A DNA stretch of 64,000 nucleotides from Candidatus Hydrogenedentota bacterium (GCA_963668025.2 CAXXTH010000017.1:1184001-1248000), one strand, 5' to 3'; numbered from the stretch's first letter, positions 37,606 through 48,134 are shown. Numbers and translations are program-made. Notes: generated by a model not told the origin, from the letters alone.

Positions 37606-38553
37606 TCATTTTGCTAGACGGCGCTGTGTAGCGACGTGGGCGAGCCCTTGCGCGTCGAGGGCGAGTTCGTCCTCGAACCATGCCGCGTTATTCGGGGCAT
37701 ATGCCATACCGTGCCGCTGGAAATGCACCGCCATGGCCTGTTGCAATCGTTCGTAGCAGAACGCCCCGAGGGCCTCATCCGGCGCATCGGAGGCCGCTGC
37801 TTCGACAAGGATAGCCGCCATGTCTTCAATGGACGCGCGAAGCGACGCCGCACACGTTTGGATATCCTCGACAGGGCCGTAGTGGCTTAAATACACCCGT
37901 TGCGCGCCCGTGGCGAACAGGCGTTCCATGGTTTCGAGAGTGGCGTTGGGATCAAATTCCGTGGGTGTGGCCGCGCACAGGAATAAGGGCTTTGCGCCCT
38001 GCCGAAACTCGGGATAACACGAACCAAACACATCGCCCGTGAATACGCCCGCCGAGGCCGAATCATATATGCAGATATGGTGCCGCGCATGGCCCAGCGT
38101 GTGCATCATCACGAGCGGGCGTTTACCCAGCCAGATGGTTTCGCCGTCCTCGACGGCCCGCAAACGCGCCTCGGGCAAGGGCAGTATTTCGCCGAATAGC
38201 GATGCGAACCGTTCCGGCCCATATACCACGCGCGTGGCTTCGATGAGCCGTTCTGGATGGGCCAGATGGCGCACACCGCGCGGATGCACCAGCACCGTGG
38301 CGTTGGGGCACACTGCCGCCAGCGCCGATGCGCCCGCCGCATGGTCGAGATGGATATGGGTTAGGATGATATAGCGCACCTGCCCGGGGGCGAGCCCGTT
38401 CGCTTGAAGCGCATCAAGGAAGAGAGGCAGGGCATGAGGCGTTCCCGCCTCCACGAACGCCGCTTCGCCGCCATCTTCGAGCAGATAAGCGCTGAACCGC
38501 CCCGGATGAATATAGTGGCAATCAAAAGGGATGACATGAGTATTCACTTGCAT
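37606..38553 (-). CDS. MBL-fold metallo-hydrolase
   Basis: THIHLDHAAG, GHARHH, FTGD, SHYG. Confidence 0.92.
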   Translation of the reverse strand: MQVNTHVIPFDCHYIHPGRFSAYLLEDGGEAAFVEAGTPHALPLFLDALQANGLAPGQVRYIILTHIHLDHAAGASALAAVCPNATVLVHPRGVRHLAHPERLIEATRVVYGPERFASLFGEILPLPEARLRAVEDGETIWLGKRPLVMMHTLGHARHHICIYDSASAGVFTGDVFGSCYPEFRQGAKPLFLCAATPTEFDPNATLETMERLFATGAQRVYLSHYGPVEDIQTCAASLRASIEDMAAILVEAAASDAPDEALGAFCYERLQQAMAVHFQRHGMAYAPNNAAWFEDELALDAQGLAHVATQRRLAK

Positions 38554-39158
38554 GATATGTTCTCTTCACAGTTCTTATATACGCACAGCCAGACAATATC
38601 CGCACATGATATAGAAATTGGCCGCCTGTTTCGATTCGTTATGAGAGCTTGCTTTCATCCGCACAAAAAAGCATCCCTAAAACGTGGTATAGGTAGTTGT
38701 AACTAGGAAAGAGCATGCGGGATACCTATGCAGACAGCATAAAAGCGGCCTACCACGAAAATAGCGCTGCTTTATTGGCATATGCCACGGCGTTGCATCC
38801 ATGCCGGGAAGCCGCTGAAGACGCCGTACATGACGTTTTCGCGCGAATTCTAAAAAACCGGCCCCGCGTGGACGAGTGGCGGCCGTACCTCTTTCGAGCC
38901 GTACGAAATGCGTGTATGGATGGCCGCAGAAACCAGCAGCGCGAAGAACGCAGCCAGGCGCGGCTTCACTTACTTGATGCGGATCCAGCGGATATGCAAG
39001 AGCGTCTGGCCATCGAGGATGCGCTGGGACAGCTTTCCGCCAATCACCGGGAATGTATTGTGCTGAAGATATATATGGGCTTCACGTTTAGCGAGCTCGG
39101 CTCCATCTGCGGTGTTCCGGCCAATACCGCGGCTTCGTGGCACCGCCGGGGCCTTCAA

Positions 39159-40849
39159 CCTAAAAAAGGCAGTAGGAACTTGCTTTGGGATTTTTCCAGC
39201 CCAATTTTGTAAAGAAATAACTGTCCTGTCCCGCTCTTTACGTTGGCGCCGGCAGCAGGTTGGGGGTGGCCAGCGGCCTTCCCTCGAGTATTTTGGCGAA
39301 GATCCGGCTGAGGATCGTCCGCCATCGTTCGTTCCAGTTCAACTGCCGCGCAGTTGCTTTCATCTCCAATAAAAAGGCGTTTACGGATTTCAGAACTTGT
39401 TCCATAGCATGTCCTTGCGCATGCACGGGGGTGATGGTGAGCGTGGTTTGGCCTCCGTGGCGGGTCTGCTGTCCCACGCCGTAGAGCAGCAGAGGGCGGC
39501 TCGTGATCGCTTCGGCGTGGCGCTCCGGAATCGCCAAGCGCACGTACAAAGACCACCAATTGTAAATCAGGGCTATGATTCGCGCCATGATTTGGCAGCG
39601 CTTCATATCGTGGGTGGTATACCCGCCCCACCCCCACTGGTTTTTCTGTTCATCGTAGATGTTTTCCGCATCGCCCCGGTCGCGATAATGCTGGGCCAAG
39701 GCCGATAGGGGGTCTGTCAGCGAAGTGGCCAGCAGCGCGTATTCATACTGCTGCACGGCTCCCGCTTGGATCTCGATGAGCTGTAGTTGGGGGGAGGGGT
39801 CAGGCAATAGCGGCTCCGTTTCCAGAACGATACTCCCTTTGAGCTTGCGCCGCAGAACGATTACCCGGCGTTTGCTCGTCCATCCCATAAGCTCCAGACG
39901 GTCTTCCAAACCTTCCCAGCCTTGGCCTGCTGGCGTCCAGTCCTTAGAACAAAAGGCCTGCTGGATAAGCCGTTTCACGTTGCTGGTCTGCCGCAATTTG
40001 AACAGATAGGGCACTCCGCGCGCTTCGGCTTCGCTCATGTCGCGTTCGTTGCCGAAGGCGCAGTCGCCGCGAATCATGCCCGGCCAGGCCGCGCGCGGCA
40101 AGCCATCGAGAAAATGCCACAATCCAGGCATGGTGTATTTCGCCGCCGTCTCGTTGCCCGGCCGGACTTCCACGTCCAGCACCAAGCGCGTGTTCGCCAT
40201 AAAATAGGTATGCAGCACATGAGAAGGACGGCCCTGTTTCGCCGGATTGTAGCCCAGCACGGCCCCTTCTTGATGGCCGAACAGGGGCTTCACGCTTGTA
40301 TCCACGTCCAAAATCCAAGGCTCATAAAGCAACGGCTCATAACAGCGGCGCAGGTGCTTCTGTAGCCAGCCCGCGCAGGCTTCCCCGTCCGCCAGTATAA
40401 ATGCCCGCCGCGCCGAGGAGGCGCTCATGATCTTGCTCATACCCAGCAAGCCCGGGTTCACCGCGTCGTAACGGACCGCGTCAATGTGCGCATAGCGGGT
40501 GTGGCCCGCCAGCACTGATAAAAATAGCGTGCCCAGCACATCCCTCTTGCGCGGCGCATTATTGCTGGCGTACGCCAGCGGACAGTCCTCCACCCACGCT
40601 TCAAAAAGCTCCGCCGTCTTGAGAAAATCGATAAAGAACGCCAACTGGCCAAACGGCGTCGTTGCCGCCTCCCGGTCCCATTCCACATGCACCCGGCCCC
40701 CGTAGCTATCTACGAAAATCGGCGCCTCCAAAGACAACCATTCCTCCTCTCCCAATGGGGGAGCATCTTGCTGTTGCGATTCTGTTTCCATGTTCTTTAT
40801 CTTGAACTACTTCCAGCTCGACACTCAAGATTCAACTGGCGTTTTTAGG
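39159..40849 (-). mobile_element. IS1380-family element, copy 2 (1691 bp)
   Basis: Same ends as copy 1; 5-bp TSD TTCAA (39154-39158, 40850-40854). Confidence 0.93.
39238..40791 (-). CDS. IS1380-family transposase
   Basis: 517 aa; differs from copy 1 at three visible residues (I/V, V/M, S/P). Confidence 0.92.
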   Translation of the reverse strand: METESQQQDAPPLGEEEWLSLEAPIFVDSYGGRVHVEWDREAATTPFGQLAFFIDFLKTAELFEAWVEDCPLAYASNNAPRKRDVLGTLFLSVLAGHTRYAHIDAVRYDAVNPGLLGMSKIMSASSARRAFILADGEACAGWLQKHLRRCYEPLLYEPWILDVDTSVKPLFGHQEGAVLGYNPAKQGRPSHVLHTYFMANTRLVLDVEVRPGNETAAKYTMPGLWHFLDGLPRAAWPGMIRGDCAFGNERDMSEAEARGVPYLFKLRQTSNVKRLIQQAFCSKDWTPAGQGWEGLEDRLELMGWTSKRRVIVLRRKLKGSIVLETEPLLPDPSPQLQLIEIQAGAVQQYEYALLATSLTDPLSALAQHYRDRGDAENIYDEQKNQWGWGGYTTHDMKRCQIMARIIALIYNWWSLYVRLAIPERHAEAITSRPLLLYGVGQQTRHGGQTTLTITPVHAQGHAMEQVLKSVNAFLLEMKATARQLNWNERWRTILSRIFAKILEGRPLATPNLLPAPT

Positions 40850-40885
40850 TTCAACGGCTCCACGAGATTCTGGATGGGCAAGACA

Positions 40886-41260
40886 ATGGATGAATGGGAA
40901 TCGCCACTAGAAGAGAGGCTGGCGCGGCATTCGTTGCAGACGCCGCGACCCGAGTTCGACGCGCGCATGGAATCGCTCTTCAATCGGCGGCGCTTCCGCT
41001 TCGCGGGCTGGTCCCGGCCCGTGAAACTCTGGCAATGCCTGGCGGCATGCGCTGCCTGCCTGCTGCTCGGGCTGGCCATCCAAACACTTCGCACGCCAGC
41101 CGCACCATCCATGCAGCCGCCGATCCAGCGTACGGTCGTGTATGTCATGCCACAAGAAGAACAGCAACTATTCGATGCAACTACCCGCGCCTGCCGCCCC
41201 TGGCGGGGCGATGCCACCGTCACGGTGGAGGCTGTGTCCGGGAAGAACAATAGAATCTAG
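40886..41260 (+). CDS. Probable small anti-sigma factor (single TM)
   Basis: MDEWESPLEERL..P.PEFD.R, TM segment; overlaps the reconstructed sigma stop. Confidence 0.65.
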   Translation: MDEWESPLEERLARHSLQTPRPEFDARMESLFNRRRFRFAGWSRPVKLWQCLAACAACLLLGLAIQTLRTPAAPSMQPPIQRTVVYVMPQEEQQLFDATTRACRPWRGDATVTVEAVSGKNNRI

Positions 41261-41546
41261 AGTGGTTTGAGTCGGTATTCACGGAATCCAATAGAGCATG
41301 CGCCAATTTTGATGCTGGATGAATAGGAGGCCAGGCGCGTAATGCCAAAAAAACTATGCGCCATTTGCCGTAGGAGGATGTGGTTAATTATCCAGTCCAG
41401 AAGCCCTTGCGCCCTGCCTGCTGCTCGGGCTGGCTATCCAAACACTTCGCATCCGATCAGCCCGCTTTGAGCGGGCTAAAAAGAGGCACCAGATAACCTG
41501 TGGCTTATTGCATGTAAACTTGAACTGCTCTCGGGAGACTAACGCC

Positions 41547-43238
41547 ATGAAAACCATGCTGGCAATAGTATTTTTAGTGCTTGCTTCCGCCGGACTCGCT
41601 GCCGGTGAAGAGCCCGCATATCTCCAAATCGAAACCTGGGTGTTAGGCTTCGACCGGCTTGTTGGCCCGATCACGGGCGTTGACAACGCCGCAGTGGTCC
41701 CGGAACAGGCTTCAGAGAATAATGGCCTCGTGACTGTCGAAACCATGGGGCCATCTCTTACCCTTTCCGGAATAGGCCTCAAATTTCTCAACACACCAGA
41801 AGGAATCCGTTGGAAAGCCGCTACCGCCTCCGACGCAAAGACCTTCGAGGAACTGCAAGAGGCAGACTTGAAGGGCTACGCTCTGGTCCTCAAAAGGCAA
41901 TTATCCGTCACGATGGCGGAGAATCAGCAGACCGACATGCGGATCAATCAGGAAGCCGGACAGTATTTCGAGCCCGCTTCGGATAAGGATGAAACGCTAT
42001 TTCGATTGGTGAACATTTCGGAGTCGCCGGGGGCGGTGACATCACCAGGGATGACCTTTCGGGTGCGCGCCGAGCGTATAGGCGAGGAAACATGCCAGCT
42101 ACAGACTCATCTGACCCTCACTGAATTAGTGGAACGAGAAAACATGGACGGCGTGGCGCTCGATGTGGGCAAGCCCAGCGTGCGCAAGACGGAACTGCCG
42201 GACACCGACGCCTATTACCATCCATACACCCTTCGGTATGAAGACCTGCTGGCGACCTATGTCGAGACAGCTCCGGCGAATTCCTATCTGCTCCTCACGC
42301 GCGTTCAGAAAGCAGCCAATGAGCCGCCTGCGCCTGCAACGCCGTCCAGCACGAAACAGGCGTCCTTCTCGTTTCCCTGTTACTTGATAAAGGGCGGCAA
42401 AGACGATGCCCGGTCTTTTCGACATGCCTTTCTCAACGCGCTCATGCCCGCCAGCGACATCCCGGTGAACCAGCCGGACACGATCCCTTTCCGCACGTTG
42501 AAGTGGGATGCCCTGGCGCGATGGATGCCGGAAAATGCCTCCGCAGCTCCACCGGATTCCGAGGGATGGGCGCGTTTGAAGCAGTTACTAGACGCGAATT
42601 CGAGTTCTTGTGAACTCTTGCCTTGCCTCCGTTTGACGATAGGCGCAAAGCCAACTCCGGGATCCGGCGACTACATATTCGTGAGATCTGCTAGTCCCAA
42701 TCAGGCGCCCGTGGCTAGATTGGAAGGAAAGAACGAACAAAGCGCGTCAACCTACTACATTGACCATATGTCCGAATACTCGGATGCGTTCGATTGGCTT
42801 TTGAAAGGGATAAACCAAGCAAAGTCAGATACCTTGGGGCCCAGCATTGTTGCTGATTTTTCTACCCGTATGTTTGAACGGGATGGGCTGATACAACCAG
42901 TAGACGCAGGTATTGCCTGCGGCATCCTGGCCAAATGGCCCCAATCCGGTGATGTATCGCCGGTCCGGTTCTCCTTTCGAAGAAACACACTCACCAAGTC
43001 CGCGCGGGGCGGCAATGGGTTTCTGGCGGATATAAAGCGCCATCTGTTCGGCGAGATCAAAGGAGAGCTCATTGATAAACAGAGTTTCGATTCAACATTT
43101 ACCCTGCCGGATGGCGGGATTGTTTGTTTCGTTGGCGACGCGCTCGACACGGATGCGACGGTATTGGTGATCGCCACCATGAAGATCAGTGACCCCAATC
43201 GGCAGGGATCTTCTGAAGCGGATGAACCAGGATGGTAA
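41547..43238 (+). CDS. Secreted hypothetical protein, paralogue 1 (secretin-like motifs)
   Basis: Sec signal MKTMLAIVFLVLASAGLAAG; strongly similar to the next gene. Confidence 0.75.
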   Translation: MKTMLAIVFLVLASAGLAAGEEPAYLQIETWVLGFDRLVGPITGVDNAAVVPEQASENNGLVTVETMGPSLTLSGIGLKFLNTPEGIRWKAATASDAKTFEELQEADLKGYALVLKRQLSVTMAENQQTDMRINQEAGQYFEPASDKDETLFRLVNISESPGAVTSPGMTFRVRAERIGEETCQLQTHLTLTELVERENMDGVALDVGKPSVRKTELPDTDAYYHPYTLRYEDLLATYVETAPANSYLLLTRVQKAANEPPAPATPSSTKQASFSFPCYLIKGGKDDARSFRHAFLNALMPASDIPVNQPDTIPFRTLKWDALARWMPENASAAPPDSEGWARLKQLLDANSSSCELLPCLRLTIGAKPTPGSGDYIFVRSASPNQAPVARLEGKNEQSASTYYIDHMSEYSDAFDWLLKGINQAKSDTLGPSIVADFSTRMFERDGLIQPVDAGIACGILAKWPQSGDVSPVRFSFRRNTLTKSARGGNGFLADIKRHLFGEIKGELIDKQSFDSTFTLPDGGIVCFVGDALDTDATVLVIATMKISDPNRQGSSEADEPGW

Positions 43239-43288
43239 TGGTTTGTCCACTCGACCAGGATTCAATCCATTTTTAGGAGTCTAGCACC

Positions 43289-44941
43289 ATGAAGACCATG
43301 CCGGCGCTAATAATATGGGCGCTTGTTTTCACGGGAATCGCCGTTGGTGAAGAGCCCGTGAGCTTCGAAATCGAAACCTGGGTGCTGGGATTCGACCGGA
43401 CTGTTGGCCCCATTGCCCTTGTTGGCCAAAACGCGCCTCAGGGACAGATTTCGGGAGATAAAAGCCTGCCAAGCCTCATGAAAGCCGTAACCGAAGGATC
43501 GCCTCTTCTCGTATCTGGTATAGGCCTAGCGTTTTTCAGTACGCCGGAAGGAATTCGTTGGACCGCCTCTGCGGACGGCCACGGCAACACAAAGACCTTC
43601 GATGAATTGGAGGGAGCGGATTTAAAGGGATGCTCTTTTGTTTTCAAGAAGCAGCTATGGGCCGTAACAACGGAGAATCAGCTTGTCTCGATGCGGATCT
43701 TGCAGGAAAGCGGGCAGTATTTTGAGCCCGCCTCGGATACGGATGAGACGCTCTTCAACCTGGTGAACATGATGGAATCACCAGGGATGGAGCTGCGGAT
43801 GTTTGCCGAGGACATTGGGGAGGAAATCTGCCAGCTACACACCCAAGTGGCGCTCACTGAATTGGTGGAACGGGAGAAGATGGATGGCGTGGCGCTCGAT
43901 GTGGGCAAGCCCTGCGTACGAAAAACGGAACTGCCAGACGCAGGCGACTTTGGCAAGAGCGCCCTTCGATACGGCTCCCTGCTGGCGACCTACTTTGAAA
44001 CCGCCGCGACCAATTCCTATTTGCTCCTTACGCGCGTCCAGAAACCATCTGGGCCGGGCCAACACACCGTATCGCCCTACAGAGGGCAGGCTTCTTTCAG
44101 TATGCCTGTTATTGTGATAAAGGGCGACAAGAACGATCCTCATTCCTTTCGCCGTGCTTTTCTAGACGCGATCGTACCAGCCAGTGACATCACGGTGAAT
44201 CAAACTGGGGTCGTTCCTTTCCGTACCATGAAATGGGATGCGCTGGCGCGATGGACGCCCCAAGACATATCGGCAGCCACGGAACCGGAACGTCTCCGGC
44301 AAATACTATGCGGCTCAACATGCTGTGAGCTTATCTCAAGTCCCCGGCTGACAACGGGAACACGCCCTATTTCTGAATTGGATGGCAGCATAGTAAAAGT
44401 GGTGTCCTCCAAACCCGATCCTTTTCCTGCGGACACAGGGGAGAAAGCAGCGGAGCAACGCGACGCCATCCGGGAATACGCCCCTCTCACGATTGACGGC
44501 ATACTGGAACAGCTTTCAAAAGGGAAAAATCGGGCGAAATCGGACGTTATGAAGCCGGGCATCCTCACGGATGTATCGATATTCAAATATGAGCAGGATG
44601 GCGTGGAATACCACGCGAATGTAGGACTTGTATTCGGCGTCATGGCTAGATGGCCCAAGTCCGGCGGGCCATTGCCCGTCCGATATTTGTTCCGAAACTT
44701 CACACGGAACGAGTCCGCATTTGACGAAAGCACGCTCATCAAGGGAATGAAGCATCTGAAAAACAGCGCCGGTGAGCCCGTGAATACGCAGGCAATTGAC
44801 GCGGATTTCACGCTGGCGGAGAACGCCTTTGCAGCCTTCGCCATGGATGCGGCCGATATGGACGCGACTCTTTTGGCCATTGTCACCGTTAAAACACCCG
44901 ACGCAAATGGACAATGGAATTTTAAATCGGGTGAATGGTAG
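43289..44941 (+). CDS. Secreted hypothetical protein, paralogue 2 (secretin-like motifs)
   Basis: Sec signal; shared blocks IETWVLGFDR, GQYFEPASD, DGVALDVGKP.VRKTELPD, NSYLLLTRVQK. Confidence 0.75.
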   Translation: MKTMPALIIWALVFTGIAVGEEPVSFEIETWVLGFDRTVGPIALVGQNAPQGQISGDKSLPSLMKAVTEGSPLLVSGIGLAFFSTPEGIRWTASADGHGNTKTFDELEGADLKGCSFVFKKQLWAVTTENQLVSMRILQESGQYFEPASDTDETLFNLVNMMESPGMELRMFAEDIGEEICQLHTQVALTELVEREKMDGVALDVGKPCVRKTELPDAGDFGKSALRYGSLLATYFETAATNSYLLLTRVQKPSGPGQHTVSPYRGQASFSMPVIVIKGDKNDPHSFRRAFLDAIVPASDITVNQTGVVPFRTMKWDALARWTPQDISAATEPERLRQILCGSTCCELISSPRLTTGTRPISELDGSIVKVVSSKPDPFPADTGEKAAEQRDAIREYAPLTIDGILEQLSKGKNRAKSDVMKPGILTDVSIFKYEQDGVEYHANVGLVFGVMARWPKSGGPLPVRYLFRNFTRNESAFDESTLIKGMKHLKNSAGEPVNTQAIDADFTLAENAFAAFAMDAADMDATLLAIVTVKTPDANGQWNFKSGEW

Positions 44942-45294
44942 TGATTTAACCAATTGGCGCTAGATGCCCACTGGGGGGCGCCGGTCCCACACCTTGATTA
45001 TGACAAAAGTGTGGGGCCGCCGCCCCTGGTGGTTGTTAGTGGAATGTGGTGCGTCATCGATGCCATGATGCAGCCATAAAGGCCAAATAGCCCGCCATGG
45101 CGTTATTCGATAACGCCATTCCATATTGCTTCAGCCTGCGCGGTTGCAGCGCACCGAGGCTCTTGGTACACTTCATGTTCACCGGGCGCGTGTTTGCCAG
45201 GAGAATGACAGCTCATGCGCCGCTTCGTAACGCCAGGCCGGCGGACGGCAAGGGCGGCGCTTTGAACCCATTTTGCAAAGGGAGTTACAACGAG

Positions 45295-45861
45295 ATGATG
45301 GTAATGAGATGGATTGCAGGCAGCATGATGGCGGCATTTGTGTGTGTATTGGCGGCCTCGGCGCCGGTTTCGGCGCAGGAGAACACGGCAGCCGCCGCGC
45401 CGCGTGCTCAGAAAATTGGAGTCGTGGACCGTTCTAAAGTAATGGCGGGCTACACCAAATTCCAAACCGCGCGCACAACCCTCGAAGCGGAGATGAAGGC
45501 GAATAATGCGCAACTCGATCAGCGCGAGGCGGACCTGAAGAAACTTAAAGAGGAATATGAAAAGAGTGGCAATACATGGTCCGCGGATGTACGGTCGCAA
45601 AAACAGCAGGACGCCGAATCAAAGGTCATCACCTTCCGCGCGGAACTCAACCGGCTTCAGGCGGAATTGAACAGCAAATCCAATTCGCTCACCAAGACCA
45701 CTAAAGACGAGATCGAAACGGCCATACGCGAGATCGGCCAGGCGGGAAGCTATGACTTGATTCTCGAAGGGAATCCGGAGAGCGCATCCGGCGTGTTGTA
45801 TTTTGCGGCGGGGATCGACATTACCCAGGCGGTAATAGACAAGCTCAATAATAAAAAATAA
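45295..45861 (+). CDS. OmpH/Skp periplasmic chaperone
   Basis: Signal peptide, KIGVVD, coiled coil, YDLILE...VLYF...DITQAVIDKLN. Confidence 0.9.
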   Translation: MMVMRWIAGSMMAAFVCVLAASAPVSAQENTAAAAPRAQKIGVVDRSKVMAGYTKFQTARTTLEAEMKANNAQLDQREADLKKLKEEYEKSGNTWSADVRSQKQQDAESKVITFRAELNRLQAELNSKSNSLTKTTKDEIETAIREIGQAGSYDLILEGNPESASGVLYFAAGIDITQAVIDKLNNKK

Positions 45862-45998
45862 ACCGCTCGTATAAATGGATTTAGGTTTATGCGCGCCTTG
45901 GGCGGCGGAATCGCCCAGCGGATACGAATGGAAACCAGCTCGTCCGGTTGCGGCGTTGTGGTATTTCCACCGCTCACACCATATGGGGATAATGGCGG

Positions 45999-48032
45999 AT
46001 GTTTGATATTGTAGTGCCAGTGTTTAATGCCATGCACCATGTTCGCGCTTGCATCGAGAGCGTATTCCGCTACTCCGCGCTGCCATTTCACTTGTATATC
46101 GTGGATGACGCCAGCAAATCGTACACCGCCCAAGCCATGGCGGAACAGCTTGCCCAGTATGATCCAAGCTTGTACACGATCGTCACGAATGAAGAAAACA
46201 TGGGCTATCTGAAGTCTTGCAATGCGGGCATCGCGGCGGGCTCGAACCCCTATGTGGTCGCCCTCAACTCAGACGCCATGGCGACCCCAGGCTATTTGGA
46301 GAAAGTGCGGGACGCCTTCGAGTCCGATCCGTCTATCGCTATCCTCAATCCGGTCTCGAATTGGGCGAATTGGACTCGAATCTCCTTCCCGGAAGGATAT
46401 AACGTCATTGAACTTACCGAGGAAGTGGCGAATCTGTCCTATGGAGAAATCCCGGATATCTACAATGCCTCCGGCTTTTTTTTCGCCATGCGGCGCGACG
46501 CCTTGGACAAGATAGGCGTGTTCGACGAGGCGTATGGAGCGGGATATTGGGAGGAAACGGATCTTTGCATGCGCGCCTTGCAGGCAGGCTACCGCGTGGT
46601 AGTGGATGACAGTCTCTATATTTTCCACCACGGATGGGGCACTTTTGCCGATGATGGGCGCAACGAGAACATGTCGAAGAATGAGGCCGTTTTCATGAAG
46701 CGGTGGGGCGCGCAGTACGAGCCGCTCAAAAACGATTGGAAAAAACGCAATCCGATCGCCTATTTGCAGCGCCGCCTCGAAAAACCGGCGTTATGGGAAC
46801 GCAAAGGCCTGCTTTCCTCGACGGGCCGGGGCCTGTCGGTGGCCCAGGTCCAGCGCAGGCTGGATACGTTGATGGACCTCGACGCCAGCCTGGAACAGAT
46901 CATGGCGGATATCAAGAAGCATACGCCTGAAACGGAAGCTCCGTCGGAACGCCGTAAAGTGATCTATATCCTGCCCGCCGTCGTGTTGTATGGGGGCATT
47001 ATTTCGGCCTTGCAAGTCGTGAACCAGCTTGTCATGCGCGGCTACGACGCTAATGTGGCCACGTACGGGAAAGTGGACGAAAGCGTATTCAAGCTGTTTC
47101 CCACGTATTTCCGCCCGTATAGCTTCCCCGACATGGCTACCATGGTGGCGGAATTCCCCGATTGCGACTTGGTCGTGGCGACGAAATGGGAGACCGTGTA
47201 CGCCGCGCAGGTGCTTAAAGAAATCAAGCCCGAATTGGAATTGGCTTATTACGTGCAAGATTTCGAGCCGGATTTCTACCTCCCCGAGCATCCCAATCTC
47301 GCCGCCCAGGCGGAGCGGACGTATTCGCTTGTCCGCCACCAGATCGTGAAAACGCGCTGGCTCCAGGAGCTAATCGAACAATATGGCGGCCAGGTGCGCC
47401 GGATTCCGCTCGGCTTGAATCTGGATTATTTCCACCACACCGAGCGCAAGCGCGTGCTGCAAATCATCTCCCTGGCGCGGCCTTCCTCGCTGCGCCGCAA
47501 CTTCGATATGCTGAAAGCCGTGTATGCGGAGCTGCATAAGCGCCGCCCGGATATCCAGCTCGCATTATATGGCGAAGGCTATACGCGCGCCGATTTGCCG
47601 TTCCCGGTGAAATCCTACGGCAAGCTCACGAAGCTTGAAGATGTGGCCCATGTGCTGAATACATCCACTATTCTGTTGGATTGCTCGACATTCCAGGGAT
47701 TTGGCCGTCCTGGCCTCGAGGCCATGGCGTGTGGCGCGGCTGCCGTTCTTACGCGCGAAGGCGGCATCACGCAATACGCCAAGCACGACTACAACTGCCT
47801 CCTCATCGATCCAAATGACAAGATGGATATCGTGACCGAGATTCTCGAATTGATCGATAACCCCCCAAAACGGGCTTATCTGGTCCACAACGGTTATAAA
47901 ACAGCGAAAGAATATTCCCTCGACCTCGAGGGCGGGCGCACGGCGGCTTTCCTCGAAGAGCTTGGCCTGCGAACCTCCATGCCGAGTTGCGCCGCCAATG
48001 CGGTTGGCCACGAACCAAACGGAATAGCGTAA
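45999..48032 (+). CDS. Bifunctional glycosyltransferase (GT2 + GT4/WsaF-like)
   Basis: DIVVPVFN, VDDAS, LNSD, YWEETDLC; then VVATKWET, YYVQDFEPDFY, QGFGRPGLEAMACG. Confidence 0.9.
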   Translation: MFDIVVPVFNAMHHVRACIESVFRYSALPFHLYIVDDASKSYTAQAMAEQLAQYDPSLYTIVTNEENMGYLKSCNAGIAAGSNPYVVALNSDAMATPGYLEKVRDAFESDPSIAILNPVSNWANWTRISFPEGYNVIELTEEVANLSYGEIPDIYNASGFFFAMRRDALDKIGVFDEAYGAGYWEETDLCMRALQAGYRVVVDDSLYIFHHGWGTFADDGRNENMSKNEAVFMKRWGAQYEPLKNDWKKRNPIAYLQRRLEKPALWERKGLLSSTGRGLSVAQVQRRLDTLMDLDASLEQIMADIKKHTPETEAPSERRKVIYILPAVVLYGGIISALQVVNQLVMRGYDANVATYGKVDESVFKLFPTYFRPYSFPDMATMVAEFPDCDLVVATKWETVYAAQVLKEIKPELELAYYVQDFEPDFYLPEHPNLAAQAERTYSLVRHQIVKTRWLQELIEQYGGQVRRIPLGLNLDYFHHTERKRVLQIISLARPSSLRRNFDMLKAVYAELHKRRPDIQLALYGEGYTRADLPFPVKSYGKLTKLEDVAHVLNTSTILLDCSTFQGFGRPGLEAMACGAAAVLTREGGITQYAKHDYNCLLIDPNDKMDIVTEILELIDNPPKRAYLVHNGYKTAKEYSLDLEGGRTAAFLEELGLRTSMPSCAANAVGHEPNGIA

Positions 48033-48111
48033 CCGCAACCAATATCCTTCACTACACCACGAATGGACGCGAATGAACGCCAATAAATATTTCTCCGTGT
48101 TTTTAACTCCC

Positions 48112-48134
48112 GTAGCATGGGCGTCTCGCCCATG
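48112..48134 (+). repeat. REP-like palindrome (family A)
   Basis: gtagcatgggcgtctcgcccatg, same element as in the 122-bp units. Confidence 0.8.

Larger units (their letters stand above)
38715..40893 (+). pseudogene. ECF sigma factor interrupted near its 3' end by IS1380 (expressed ORF 38715-39212 has an IS-derived tail)
   Basis: AAEDAVHDVF, YLFRAVRN, TFSELG...NTAASW. Removing the IS restores ...RRGLQRLHEILDGQDNG*, overlapping the next gene. Confidence 0.88.

Noticed and set aside
32000-40849. Composite transposon bounded by the two IS1380 copies
   Set aside because: Each copy has its own TSD and both interrupted genes reconstruct locally, so the insertions were independent.
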